Shown in pieces: positions 50,865 through 61,000 of a stretch of DNA of 64,000 bases (the stretch's first letter is position 1; every line of letters starts with the position of its first letter). The notes under the pieces were generated by a model that ran no database searches, was not told where the DNA came from, and saw nothing but the letters and a program-made list of their open reading frames with translations. Position numbers and translations under genes: made by a program. The DNA is taken from NCBI GenBank assembly GCA_965207735.1, contig OZ242296.1, positions 4,864,001 to 4,928,000 of the forward strand, read 5' to 3'. Source of the DNA: Candidatus Versatilivorator sp. (GTDB lineage: Bacteria; Acidobacteriota; Terriglobia; Versatilivoradales; Versatilivoraceae).

Positions 50865-53020
50865 GCGTAGAGCCCTCCTTTCTCTTCCAGTGCCGCCAGG
50901 ACGCGCCTGGGAATGAAGGGCGCCCGCGGGACCCGCACGCCGATGGCATTGGCCACGGCGTTGCCGATGGCGCCGACCGGCGCGATCACCGGGGGTTCCC
51001 CGAGACCGATCACCCCGCGGGCATCCTGCTCTGCATCCTTCCACATTTCCACGACCAGTTGACCGATGTCTCCCAGGCCCGCCAGCTTGTAGAACTCCAT
51101 CTCACCGTTCAGGAGCGCCCCGGATCGCTCGTCCATGATGCGCTCCTCGGTCAATGCCGAGGAGATCCCCATGATCAACGACCCGTAGACCTGGCTCTCG
51201 GCCAGCTTCTCATTGACGATCAGTCCGCAGTCCTGAATGGCCACGAACTTCTTCATCTTGACCACTCCGGTCTCGGTATCCACCAGGACTTCGGCCATTT
51301 GCACTCCGGCCACCCCGGAATCGATCAGCTTGCCGTCCGAGGCTCGACGGCTGGCGCTGATGTTTCTGCCGGTCACTTCCAGAGGAGTCACCCCCAGACG
51401 GGAGGCAGCCTGTTTCCAGGAAAAACTTCTGAAGGGTTTGCCCTTGACCCGGATGCGGCCGCTTGCGGCCTCCAGCTCGGACGGCTCCACCCCCAGCCTG
51501 GGCGCCACTTTTTCGAAGAGTTCTTCCAGGGCCAGTTGGCAGGCCCGCCGGGTGGCCGCGCAAACGCCGCCGACGGTCGTGCTGCCGCCGGAGGGGCCTG
51601 AACGGGGGTAGTCGGGGGAGCGGCCGGTGTTGACCTTGATGGAATTGACCGGCAATCCAAAGGTCTCGGCGGCCACCATGGCAATGACGGTGGTGGTGCC
51701 GGTTCCGATATCCTGGGTGCCCAGGCTAATGGAAACCGAACCGTCCGGATCGATCACCAAACGGGCCGTGCTGTTGTGGCCCCGTCCTCCCCAGGTGTGA
51801 AAGGCCAGCCCCATCCCCTGCTTGACCGGACCTGCCGTTTCCTGCCCCCTGGCGCGCCACTTCTTCCGCCACCCCATCAGCTCTTGCGCCCGGATCAGCT
51901 GCTTGCGATAGAGGTCGGGCCGCTCGGTGAGGTTGAGGTTCTTGAGGTAGAAATCGAGGGGGTCCATCTCCAACTTGGCCGCCAGGTCGTCAAGGGCGGC
52001 GAAGGTCAACCAGCAGGTCTGAGGATGGTTGGGCGCCCTCCAGGCCCGCGCCGCGCCGGTGTTGGTCGCAATCCCGGTGTGCTTCTTGCGGACATTGGGC
52101 GGGTTTATCACGTAGGGAAGGACCTGCATGGAGATCCCCCCTCCACTCAAGCCGCTGGTGCCCCAGGACTCCGCTTCCCAGGCAGTTAGCGAACCGTCTT
52201 TCTTGGCTCCCACCTTGATCCTGGCGAAACCGGAGGGGCGGACCCCGGCCACGAACAGCTCGGCGTCCCGTTCCAGAAAGTTGCGCACCGGCCTGCCGGT
52301 TTCCCGAGACAGCCTGGCGGTTTCCAGGCCCCAGCTATCGGCCCCGAACTTGCTCCCGTAGCCACCGCCGACGTGATCCTGAACAATGGAGACGTTGGCG
52401 GCCGGGATCTCCAGCGGTTGGGCGAACTGGTTGGCCATCCCGGAAATGTTCTGAGTCGATTGATAAGCCGTGAGCGAGTCCCCGCTCCAATCGATGACCT
52501 GGCCGTGCGGCTCCAGGCAGCAATGGGTGATGACCGGGATCCCATACTCGCCTTCGACCACCGCGTCGGCATCCTGAAAGGCCTGATCGGGGTCGCCCTT
52601 GACCTGTTCCGAAGCCGGTTTGCTGTGGTCGCCGACCTTGGCGGGGTCGTCTTCGTTGACCAGGTGGGGCAGCACTTCGTACTCCACCACGATCCGTCGA
52701 ACCGCGTCCTCAGCGGTGGCTTCATCCACGGCAGCCACCACCGCGATGTCATCCAGGGACCACTGGACCTCCTTGCCCGCACCCTGGATCACCCGCACGG
52801 CCTTGACGCCGGGCAGGCTCTCGGCGGCGCTGGTGTCAATACTGGTAACCCTGGCATGGGCGTGGGGGCAGCGCAGGAACTTGGCGTGCAGGGTTCCAGC
52901 CAGATTGACGTCGGAGGTGTACTTGGCCTTTCCCGTGACTTTGTCGGGGCCGTCGAGCCGACTGACTCGTTTTCCCAGGATTTGGCGTTCGTTCCTGTCA
53001 GGCCATCGATACTCAGGCAT
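50861..53020 (-). CDS. Xanthine dehydrogenase-family molybdopterin subunit (PaoC/YagR-like)
   Basis: KVTGKAKY, HCCLEPH, GGGYGSK, WRAP, GGSTT, IGLGEP. Confidence 0.94.
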   Translation of the reverse strand: MPEYRWPDRNERQILGKRVSRLDGPDKVTGKAKYTSDVNLAGTLHAKFLRCPHAHARVTSIDTSAAESLPGVKAVRVIQGAGKEVQWSLDDIAVVAAVDEATAEDAVRRIVVEYEVLPHLVNEDDPAKVGDHSKPASEQVKGDPDQAFQDADAVVEGEYGIPVITHCCLEPHGQVIDWSGDSLTAYQSTQNISGMANQFAQPLEIPAANVSIVQDHVGGGYGSKFGADSWGLETARLSRETGRPVRNFLERDAELFVAGVRPSGFARIKVGAKKDGSLTAWEAESWGTSGLSGGGISMQVLPYVINPPNVRKKHTGIATNTGAARAWRAPNHPQTCWLTFAALDDLAAKLEMDPLDFYLKNLNLTERPDLYRKQLIRAQELMGWRKKWRARGQETAGPVKQGMGLAFHTWGGRGHNSTARLVIDPDGSVSISLGTQDIGTGTTTVIAMVAAETFGLPVNSIKVNTGRSPDYPRSGPSGGSTTVGGVCAATRRACQLALEELFEKVAPRLGVEPSELEAASGRIRVKGKPFRSFSWKQAASRLGVTPLEVTGRNISASRRASDGKLIDSGVAGVQMAEVLVDTETGVVKMKKFVAIQDCGLIVNEKLAESQVYGSLIMGISSALTEERIMDERSGALLNGEMEFYKLAGLGDIGQLVVEMWKDAEQDARGVIGLGEPPVIAPVGAIGNAVANAIGVRVPRAPFIPRRVLAALEEKGGLYA

Positions 53021-53672
53021 GGTTCCTCCCTTCGCCGACCAGGCTGCCGGTTTGACTCTCTGACGACTGCAGCACGGCCTGGGCCACGCCCACGTAGGTT
53101 CCGCAGCGACAGAGGTTGCCTCCCAGACCGGTCCGGACCTGGTCCAAGGTGGGGTTGGGGTTCTTGTCGAGAAAGGCCTTGCAGGCCATCACGAACCCGG
53201 GCGTACAATAGCCGCACTGTTGGGCGTCGTTGTCGACGAAGGCCTGTTGAATCGGATGCAATCGGTCGCCCTGGGCCAGCCCCTCCACCGTCCGGATGTC
53301 CTTCGCCTGGGCCTGGATGGCCAGAACGGAGCAGGCATAGGCGGGTTTACCGTCGATGGTGACCGTGCAGGCCCCGCAGGTGCCGCGGTCGCAGACTTTC
53401 TTGGCCCCGGTGAGATCCAGTTCGAAGCGAAGCGCATCCAGCAGGGTGATGCGGGGTTCCAGCGCCAGCGTTCTCTCGGCTCCGTTCACCTTGAGGGTGA
53501 TGTCGACCTTGCCCGGACCGACCACCGGAGTCCCCGTGGATTCCGGAGCGGCGCGCAACGCCTCGGTTCCGGCTACCAGGCTGGAGGAAATCACGGCTCC
53601 GGCGCCGCTGAGGAAGCCTCTGCGCGATACCTCGAGCGCGCCCTTGGCTTCGGGCTCTTTGGGTTTTGGCAT
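53013..53672 (-). CDS. 2Fe-2S subunit with Tat signal (PaoA/YagT-like)
   Basis: SRRGFL; CDRGTCGAC, QCGYCTPG, NLCRC. Confidence 0.94.
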   Translation of the reverse strand: MPKPKEPEAKGALEVSRRGFLSGAGAVISSSLVAGTEALRAAPESTGTPVVGPGKVDITLKVNGAERTLALEPRITLLDALRFELDLTGAKKVCDRGTCGACTVTIDGKPAYACSVLAIQAQAKDIRTVEGLAQGDRLHPIQQAFVDNDAQQCGYCTPGFVMACKAFLDKNPNPTLDQVRTGLGGNLCRCGTYVGVAQAVLQSSESQTGSLVGEGRNHA

Positions 53673-53930
53673 GCGTTACCTCCTGAGGGGGAAGACCATC
53701 GCTTTCGCAAAGCAGGCCGTAGCTGCCGACAGGCGTCTCACGGGCCGATATCCGGCCCTGGCGGACCGCCGGCCTTTGGTGATTTAGCGTTGATTCCGTA
53801 TGAAGCTAGAGAGCCTTGCATCATAGAGGCAGGCTTTCTCGGTTGTCAACTTCTATCCGACCGGGTCAGTCGGGACCGGTCCGGCCCCTGGCGGAGCCGG
53901 AAGGCTTGAAGGGTTGTCGGCGGAAGCTTT

Positions 53931-53985
53931 AGCCTGAAACCCCGGCAAAAAGGACCGGAGACCCCGGAAGCATCCCATGCAAAAG
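53931..53985 (+). other. 55-bp fragment homologous to group II intron domain IV
   Basis: agcctgaaaccccggcaaaaaggaccggagaccccggaagcatcccatgcaaaag aligns with the reverse complement of 26753-26809. Confidence 0.75.
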
Positions 53986-54829
53986 ACAACTGACCGGAAT
54001 CCCACCATCGATCGTGTCCAGGTGCAGCTTATAGCCGATCCAACTCTCCTGATGCCCCTTGGCGTTGAGCTTGACGCCGACGTCGCAGACCTTGGGCAGG
54101 TCCTTCAGCATCTCCTCCAGCGTCATCGCCGTCTGCCGTTCGAGTCGGCGCGGCTCCTTTGCCTGTCGCTCGCCCTTCGGCGGCCGGCCCCGCCAGCGCT
54201 TCAGCCGGGCCGTCCGGCCGGGCTTGGGCACCGGCGACTCCCGTCCCACGATGGCGGTCGAGTCCCTCGAAACGTGGCCCGCCAGCGTCCATTCCAGCAG
54301 CGCCTCGTGCCAACGCCCCGCCAAGTCGCTCTCAGCAAACTCCGCAAACGCACGCGAGAAGGTCGCCTCGCTCGGCACCGCCCCCGCCACCTCCCAGCCG
54401 CACAGCCGGCGCAGGGTGCCATCGGTCCGCAGACGCTCCACCAGCCCCCGGGTGGTTGCCACGTTCAGCACCGCCTTCGCCAGGAAGGCCCGGGCCAGCG
54501 CTGCCCGATCCTTCAGCGGCCGGCCCCGCCACCCCTTGCTGTAGGGCAGCGACTCTTCCACCCCCACCAGTTCCAGCACCCGGACAAGCCTCTGGTAGCG
54601 CTCGCCCAGGGGGCCCACAACCTCCTCCAGCCAGGGGAACAGCTCCCGTTGAAACCGGAACCAATGTCGTGATAGGGTTTGTCTGAGGGGCACGTTCAAT
54701 CTCCATTCATCATGTGGTTTAGACACCTTCATGATACAACAGAGAGTGGTCTTGCCCCTCTACTTACCTATCCTCCCCTACCCCTCACGTTATCAAAATC
54801 CCCCTTCTTGCCCGTTTTTGCAAAAGGCT
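53986..54829 (-). pseudogene. Truncated IS5/IS1182-type element (transposase N-terminal half and one end)
   Basis: RAFLAKA, VPSEATFSRAF, SRDSTAI, WIGYKLHLD, then truncation; terminal agccttttgcaaaa at 54829. Confidence 0.85.
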
Positions 54830-55007
54830 TGAAGATACAGGTGATCCATACGATTGGGACGATTTTCTTTCGGTTTCAACTAAAGATCCAGCAATAACCC
54901 ACGTGGGCGACGTGTGCAGCTTTGTTGCAATCCGAAGATTGATACACGGACTCCATCCGTCAGACTTTCCGAACGGCTTCGCTTGGCGCGCTGGATGGTG
55001 TGACACC

Positions 55008-58000
55008 ATGCGCCGCAAGCATCACCGGTGCCATTCGGGGTGCTTCACCCGTCTTGCAAGCCTTGCTCGATCCCTGACTGCCCACTCGGCGGCGGGACTG
55101 CTGCTGACGCTCGCTACGCTGCCAGTGATCACGTCGGCGCAGGGCAACCCGCAATCGGTCACCTACCGGGTGACCTTTGAAGCCAAATTCACCGCAAGTG
55201 CCCTTGCCAGCGGGGTATCGGTCCCGTCTGGTGCGCATTTCACGACCTTGATCGGCGCCGTGCACAACGGAAGCGCCACTTTCTGGAGCGATGGAGGTAC
55301 GGCCAGCGCAGGGATCGAGAGCATGGCGGAAGTTGGGGGAACGAGCGCCCTCAAGTCCGAGATCAACGCCGCCGGCTCGAATGCTCTCGCCGTCATCGAG
55401 CAGTCCATCGCATCGGGCGGGACAGCCACGGCTACGGTAGACATCACGCTCACCACAGACCATCCTCTGGTCACCCTGACCTCGATGGTCGCCCCCAGCC
55501 CGGACTGGTTCGTCGGTGTCTCGGGGCTGTCCCTGCGCAATACGGCCGATGACGGCTGGCAGCCGACCCTCACGGTGAACCTGTTTCCCTGGGACGCCGG
55601 GACCGAGGAGGGAACCGAGTTCTCTTTGTCGAACTCCGCGACCTCGCCGCAGGGAACCATCACCAGCATCAAGGGAATGGGCAAGTTTTCAGACGAACCG
55701 ATCGCAACGCTTACTTTCGATCTCCTGTCGGCGCCGGAGATCACGACGACCTCACCGATTCTCGTATCGGAAAACGAGACGGCGGTAGCCACGCTCACTG
55801 CAGACGACAGCGACACGACCGCAGGGGAGCTGATCTGGTCGAAGACGGGCGGAGCCGACTCGGACAAGTTTTCACTCACTGAGGCCGGCGTCCTCACCTT
55901 CAGTTCGGCCAAGGACTACGAGGCCCCGGACGACGCCGACACGGACCGCACCTACGAAGTGACCGTGCAGGTGAGCGACGGGACCGATTCGGACATGGCG
56001 GAGTTGCTCGTGACGCTCCAGAACGTCACCGAGCTCACGGCGATCACCGGGCCGGAGAGCGTCACCTTCCCGGAGAACAGTTGGTCGCGGGCGGCGACCT
56101 TCACGGCGTCCTCGGAGGAGGACCGGGCCGGCATCGAGTGGATCCTCGGCGGGACCGACAGTGACCACTTCAGCATCGACAACCCGGCCGGCGCGCTGCG
56201 GTTCGCCCTCGACGAGGTCTCCCCGCGGATCTTCTCCGAGCCGCCCGACTTTGAGGCGCCGGTCGACGGCGACGCGGCCAACACCTACGAGCTGACGCTG
56301 TTCGGGAGAGCCGGCACGTCCGTTACGGACACGCGGACCTTGACGGTGACCGTTACCGACGAGGACGAGGAAGGGGAGTTGTCGCTGTCTTCGACCCTTC
56401 CCGCGCTGGGGGCCGAGCTGACCGCCGACCTCAGCGACCCGGACGGCGTGACCGACTCGACGGCGGTCTGGCAGTGGGAGCGGTCGACGGGCCGCAACTC
56501 CTGGGCCGTGATCGACGGCGCCGATGCGGCGAGCTACACGCCGGTGGCGGCGGACGCGAACACGTTTCTGCGGGTGACGGCGACCTACGATGACGAGCAC
56601 GGGACCGGCAAGACGGTCAGCGAGGTGGCGCCCAACGTGGTCACGGGGCCCCTGTTGACGGGTCTGACGGCGGAGACCGGCAACTCCCAGGCCGACACCG
56701 CGCGGGGCCTGTATCCGGCCTTCGACGCGCAGACGCTTCACTACGGCATCGGGTGCAACGGCACCGACACGATGGTCCTGACCGTGTCGGCGCCGGCGAA
56801 CGCGCGCGTGGCGGTGGACGGCGTGCAGGCCGGAAGCGCGCCCATGTCAGTGGACGTGTCCGAGGATAGCGACGTGGCGATCCGCGTGACCGAGGCGAGC
56901 GGCGCCGCCACGGCCTACGTCGTGCACTGCCTGGCGAACGTGTTCTTCGAAATCGAGATGCACACGTTCCCGGGCACTGACGCGTTCGAGGATCTGATCC
57001 TGCTCAACCGCGGGGGCTACTTCAGACTGATGGACCGTAACGGGGTGCCGCGATTCCGCCGCGCCTACTCGACTCTGGGACCGTTCGCCATCAGGTTCTA
57101 CCGGATCGGTGCCGACGGTGCGTACCGCTACGGGTTCTACCTGGATTCCGCCTACACCATCCTCGACGAGAACTTCGAGGTCGTTGCCGGCGGCGTGAGT
57201 GTCGTGGCGCCGTTGACCGTGTTGGGCTACCACGACTTCCAGATTCTGGAGGACGGCAACTACCTGCTCATGACATTCGAACCGGCGACGCGCGACTTCA
57301 GAGACATCGATCTGCCGCCTCCCGCCGATTCGACTGTTGATCTCTCCGCCGTCAGCGTCCGGGACTCGGCGTTCCAGATCGTCACGCCGGGGGGGGAAGC
57401 CGCATTCACCTGGAACTCCTGGGGCAACATAGCCATCGAGGATTGCGTGTCACACTACTTCCCCGTGACTCTCTCCACCGATCCCGATGCGAGGAGTCCC
57501 CGAACAAGCTACTCGCATATCAACGGGATGCACGTGGTTGACGGCGTCCTCGCCGCCTCGCTGCGGGGTTGCTCGAAGGTGTTGGCCATAGACGTGGAAC
57601 CCGGCGCTACGCGAGGAGACGTGCTGTGGCGGATGGGCCGCACCAACCTGAGCGACGCGGAATGGGCGGCGCGCGACATCGGCCCGCGGCCGCTGGACTT
57701 CGTCAACGATCCCGAAGGCGAGTTCTGCGGCCAGCACACGGCGCGCTTCCTGCCCAGCGGCAACGTCTTCCTCTTCGACAACGGCGTAGAGTGCGTGATC
57801 GACCCGTGGACGTTCGAGGAGTTGGGCCGCGAAGGGAACGACTTCAGCCGCGCGGTGGAGTACGCGCTCGACCTCGACAACCACGAGGCGGTCTTCGTGC
57901 GCGATCACTCCCTGCGGGGCGAGCGGGCCCACGTTGGCTACGCCACCGGCAACGTCAATGCGCTCGACAACGGCGACTGGCTGGTGAGCTGGGGCCGGGT

Positions 58001-61000
58001 TCTCGACGAGAATGACCGCTTTCCGGACAACGAGATGGCCACGCTGGTCGATCCCGCCACCGGTCAGGAGAAGCTGGGCATCCGCTTCAGGGAGTTGCCC
58101 GCCCTTGCGAGTGCGCGCCGCATCAGCCCGAGCGTGGCCCCGGCCGAAGCCCTGGCACCGCAACCCGTCCCCCTTGCGGCGGAGTTCCCGGTCAGCGACC
58201 ACACCTCGCTTCTCCATACGGGCGCTGGGGACGCGCCGCAGGTGGTCGTCGCCTTCAACCGGCCCGTGGTGGACTTCGACGAGACCTCCCCGTCGCTGAG
58301 CGTCACAGGCGCCACGATTGCAAGCGTCAGCCCACACCGAGTGGCCGGTGAGGCGGCCAACGCCTATGTTGTCACCCTGACGCCCGCCGGCGCCGGCGAC
58401 ATCACCTTCGGCCTGGTGGCCGATCAGACCTGCGCCGGTGACGGCATCTGCACGGCCGACGGCGCCGAGGTCTCGGAAGTGCCCGCATCACAGGTCATCC
58501 GTGCGGATACGACTCCCCCGGAGGTGAGCAGGAACGAGGTCAGCTCGAACCCGGGGACGGACCGGACGTATGCGGCGGGAGACCGGATTCGGGTGACGGT
58601 GACCTTCAGCGAGACGGTGGAGGTGACGGGGATGCCGCAGTTGAGGCTGGAGGTGGGAGGAGGGACGCGAACGGCGACCTATGAAGGCGGCTCGGGAACG
58701 GCGGCTCTGGTGTTCGGCCACACAGTCGCTGGGGGGGAAAGCGGCACGGACGGAGTGGGGGTTGAGGCCGACAGCCTGTCGCTGAACGGAGGGATGATCC
58801 GGGACGTTGCGGGCAATGACGCGGTGCTGGACCATGAGGCGGTGGCTGCCAACGCGAGTCACAAGGTGGACGGGGTCAAGCCGCGCCTGGCCTCGACCGG
58901 CGGAGCGGTGGTCGATGGGACGATGCTGACGCTGACCTACGACGAGCCGCTCGACCGGAGCTCAACGCCCGATGCGGGAGACTTCACGGTGTCGGGAGGC
59001 GATCAGACCCGGACGGTCACCCGGGTTTCAGTGAGCGGAAGCGCGGTGGCGCTGACCCTGAGTGTGGGAGCCGAGCACGAGGAGGTGGGGATCCAGGTGA
59101 GCTACACGCCTGGGACAAACAAGATCCGGGACGTGCCCGGCAACGAAGCGGAGGCGCTCAGCCGCCAAGCGGTGACGAACGAAACGCCCGACACGACCGC
59201 TCCAGAGGTAAGCAGTCTGTCCATCAGTTCGAACCCGGAAGCTGACGAGACTTATGCAGCAGGGGACGAGATCGAGGTGACGGTGACCTTCAACGAGACG
59301 GTGAAGGTGACGGGGACGCCGCAGTTGACGCTGAGAGTCGGGAACCGGAACCGGCCGGCCGGCTACGACAGAGGTACGGATACGGAGGCGCTGGTGTTTG
59401 CCTATGAGGTAGCCGATGGCGACGAAGACACTGACGGGGTCAGTGTGCAGGCAAACCGACTGAGGCTCAACGGAGGGACCATCAAGGACGAGGCGGAGAA
59501 TGCGGCGGAGCTGGCTCACGAGGCGGCAGCGGCCGACACGGGGCACCAGGTGGACGGGGTGCGGCCGGCGTTTGTGAGCGCGGCGGTGGACGGGGCCTCG
59601 CTGACGCTGACTTACCGGGAGGCGCTGGATGGGGGGTCGAGGCCCGCGTCGGGGGACTTCGCGGTGACGGTGGATGGGTCTGCGAGAACGGTTTCCGGAG
59701 TGTCGATCGGCGGGAGCGTGGTGACGCTGACCCTCGACACGGCGGTCGAGCACGGGGATACGGGGATTTGGGTGAGCTACACAGCGGGGACCAACCCGAT
59801 TCAGGACGAGGTGGGCAATGACGCAGCGGGGTTGAGCAACCGGTCGGTGACCAACACGACGGGAGCGCCGAACACGGATCCGGAGATCACGAGTTCGAGT
59901 GCGATTAGTGTTCCGGAGAACCAGGTGCTGGTGAGGCGGTTGGCAGGAAGGGACACCGACCTGGGGGACGAGGTGACGGAATGGGCGATCACGGGCGGGG
60001 CCGACCAGGGGCAGTTCGAGATCACCTCGGATATGGGAGAGCTGAGCTTCCGGGATCCTCCGGATTTCGAAGCTCCCGGAGACAACGAGTACGAGGTAAC
60101 GGTGGAAGCGACCAGCGGAGCGGGCGGAAGGGAGCTGACGGTGGAGAAGACCTTCACGATCACGGTGACGGATGAGCGGGAACCTCCTGGCGTTCCGGAC
60201 GCACCCACGTTTTCGGGGGAGACGGCAAACAGCCTGACGGTGAGCTGGAGCGAGCCGGACAACACCGGCCCTCCCATCACCGACTATGACGTGCAGTACC
60301 GGGAAAAGGACAGGGGGGGCTTCCGAGACGGAGGCCACGAGGGGCCGGGTCTCAGCTTGACGCTTTCCGACCTCGAGCCGGGGACGGACTACGAGGTGCA
60401 GATCAAGGCCAGAAACGACGAGGGGGCGAGCGACTGGTCGGCCTCGGGCGAGGGGATGACCGTGACGCCGCTGACGGTCGTGATGACGAGCGGGACCGAG
60501 CCTCCGGTGTCGGGTTCGTTTATGGTGAGAATCAGCTTCTCTGAGCCGGTGTCGGGGTTCAGCGGGAGCGACATCGAATCCGACCAGGATCCTGAGTGCA
60601 CGGACGATCTGAACAATGCGGTGTTCTGCGATCCGGGGATCGGGGCTCTGCAGACGGCCGACGACCGGGTCTACACCACCACGGTGACGCCGGAGACCAG
60701 CGGTGTGGCCCACAGCTACGCGTTGACGCTGACACTTCCGGCAGACGCAGTGAGGTCGTCGGTAGACAGCAAGCCCAACGAGGAACCCGAGGAGCCGCTG
60801 GCGGTGCGGGTGTCGCCGCCGGGGGCGCCCGAGGCGATTTCAACTTTGAGTCCGGAAGCCAATGGGGCAAACGGATCGGTGAGGTTGAGCTGGAACCGGC
60901 CGTCGGATAACGGAGGCTCTCCGATCATCCGCTACGAGTACCGGCACGCGGCTACCGGGGAGGCGTGGAGCGAGTGGGGAAGCGTGGGAGCGGGGTCGAG

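Noticed and set aside
49657-53672. Selenoprotein (in-frame UGA) in the molybdoenzyme operon, prompted by selC
   Set aside because: All subunits are full-length without internal TGA; no readthrough evidence.
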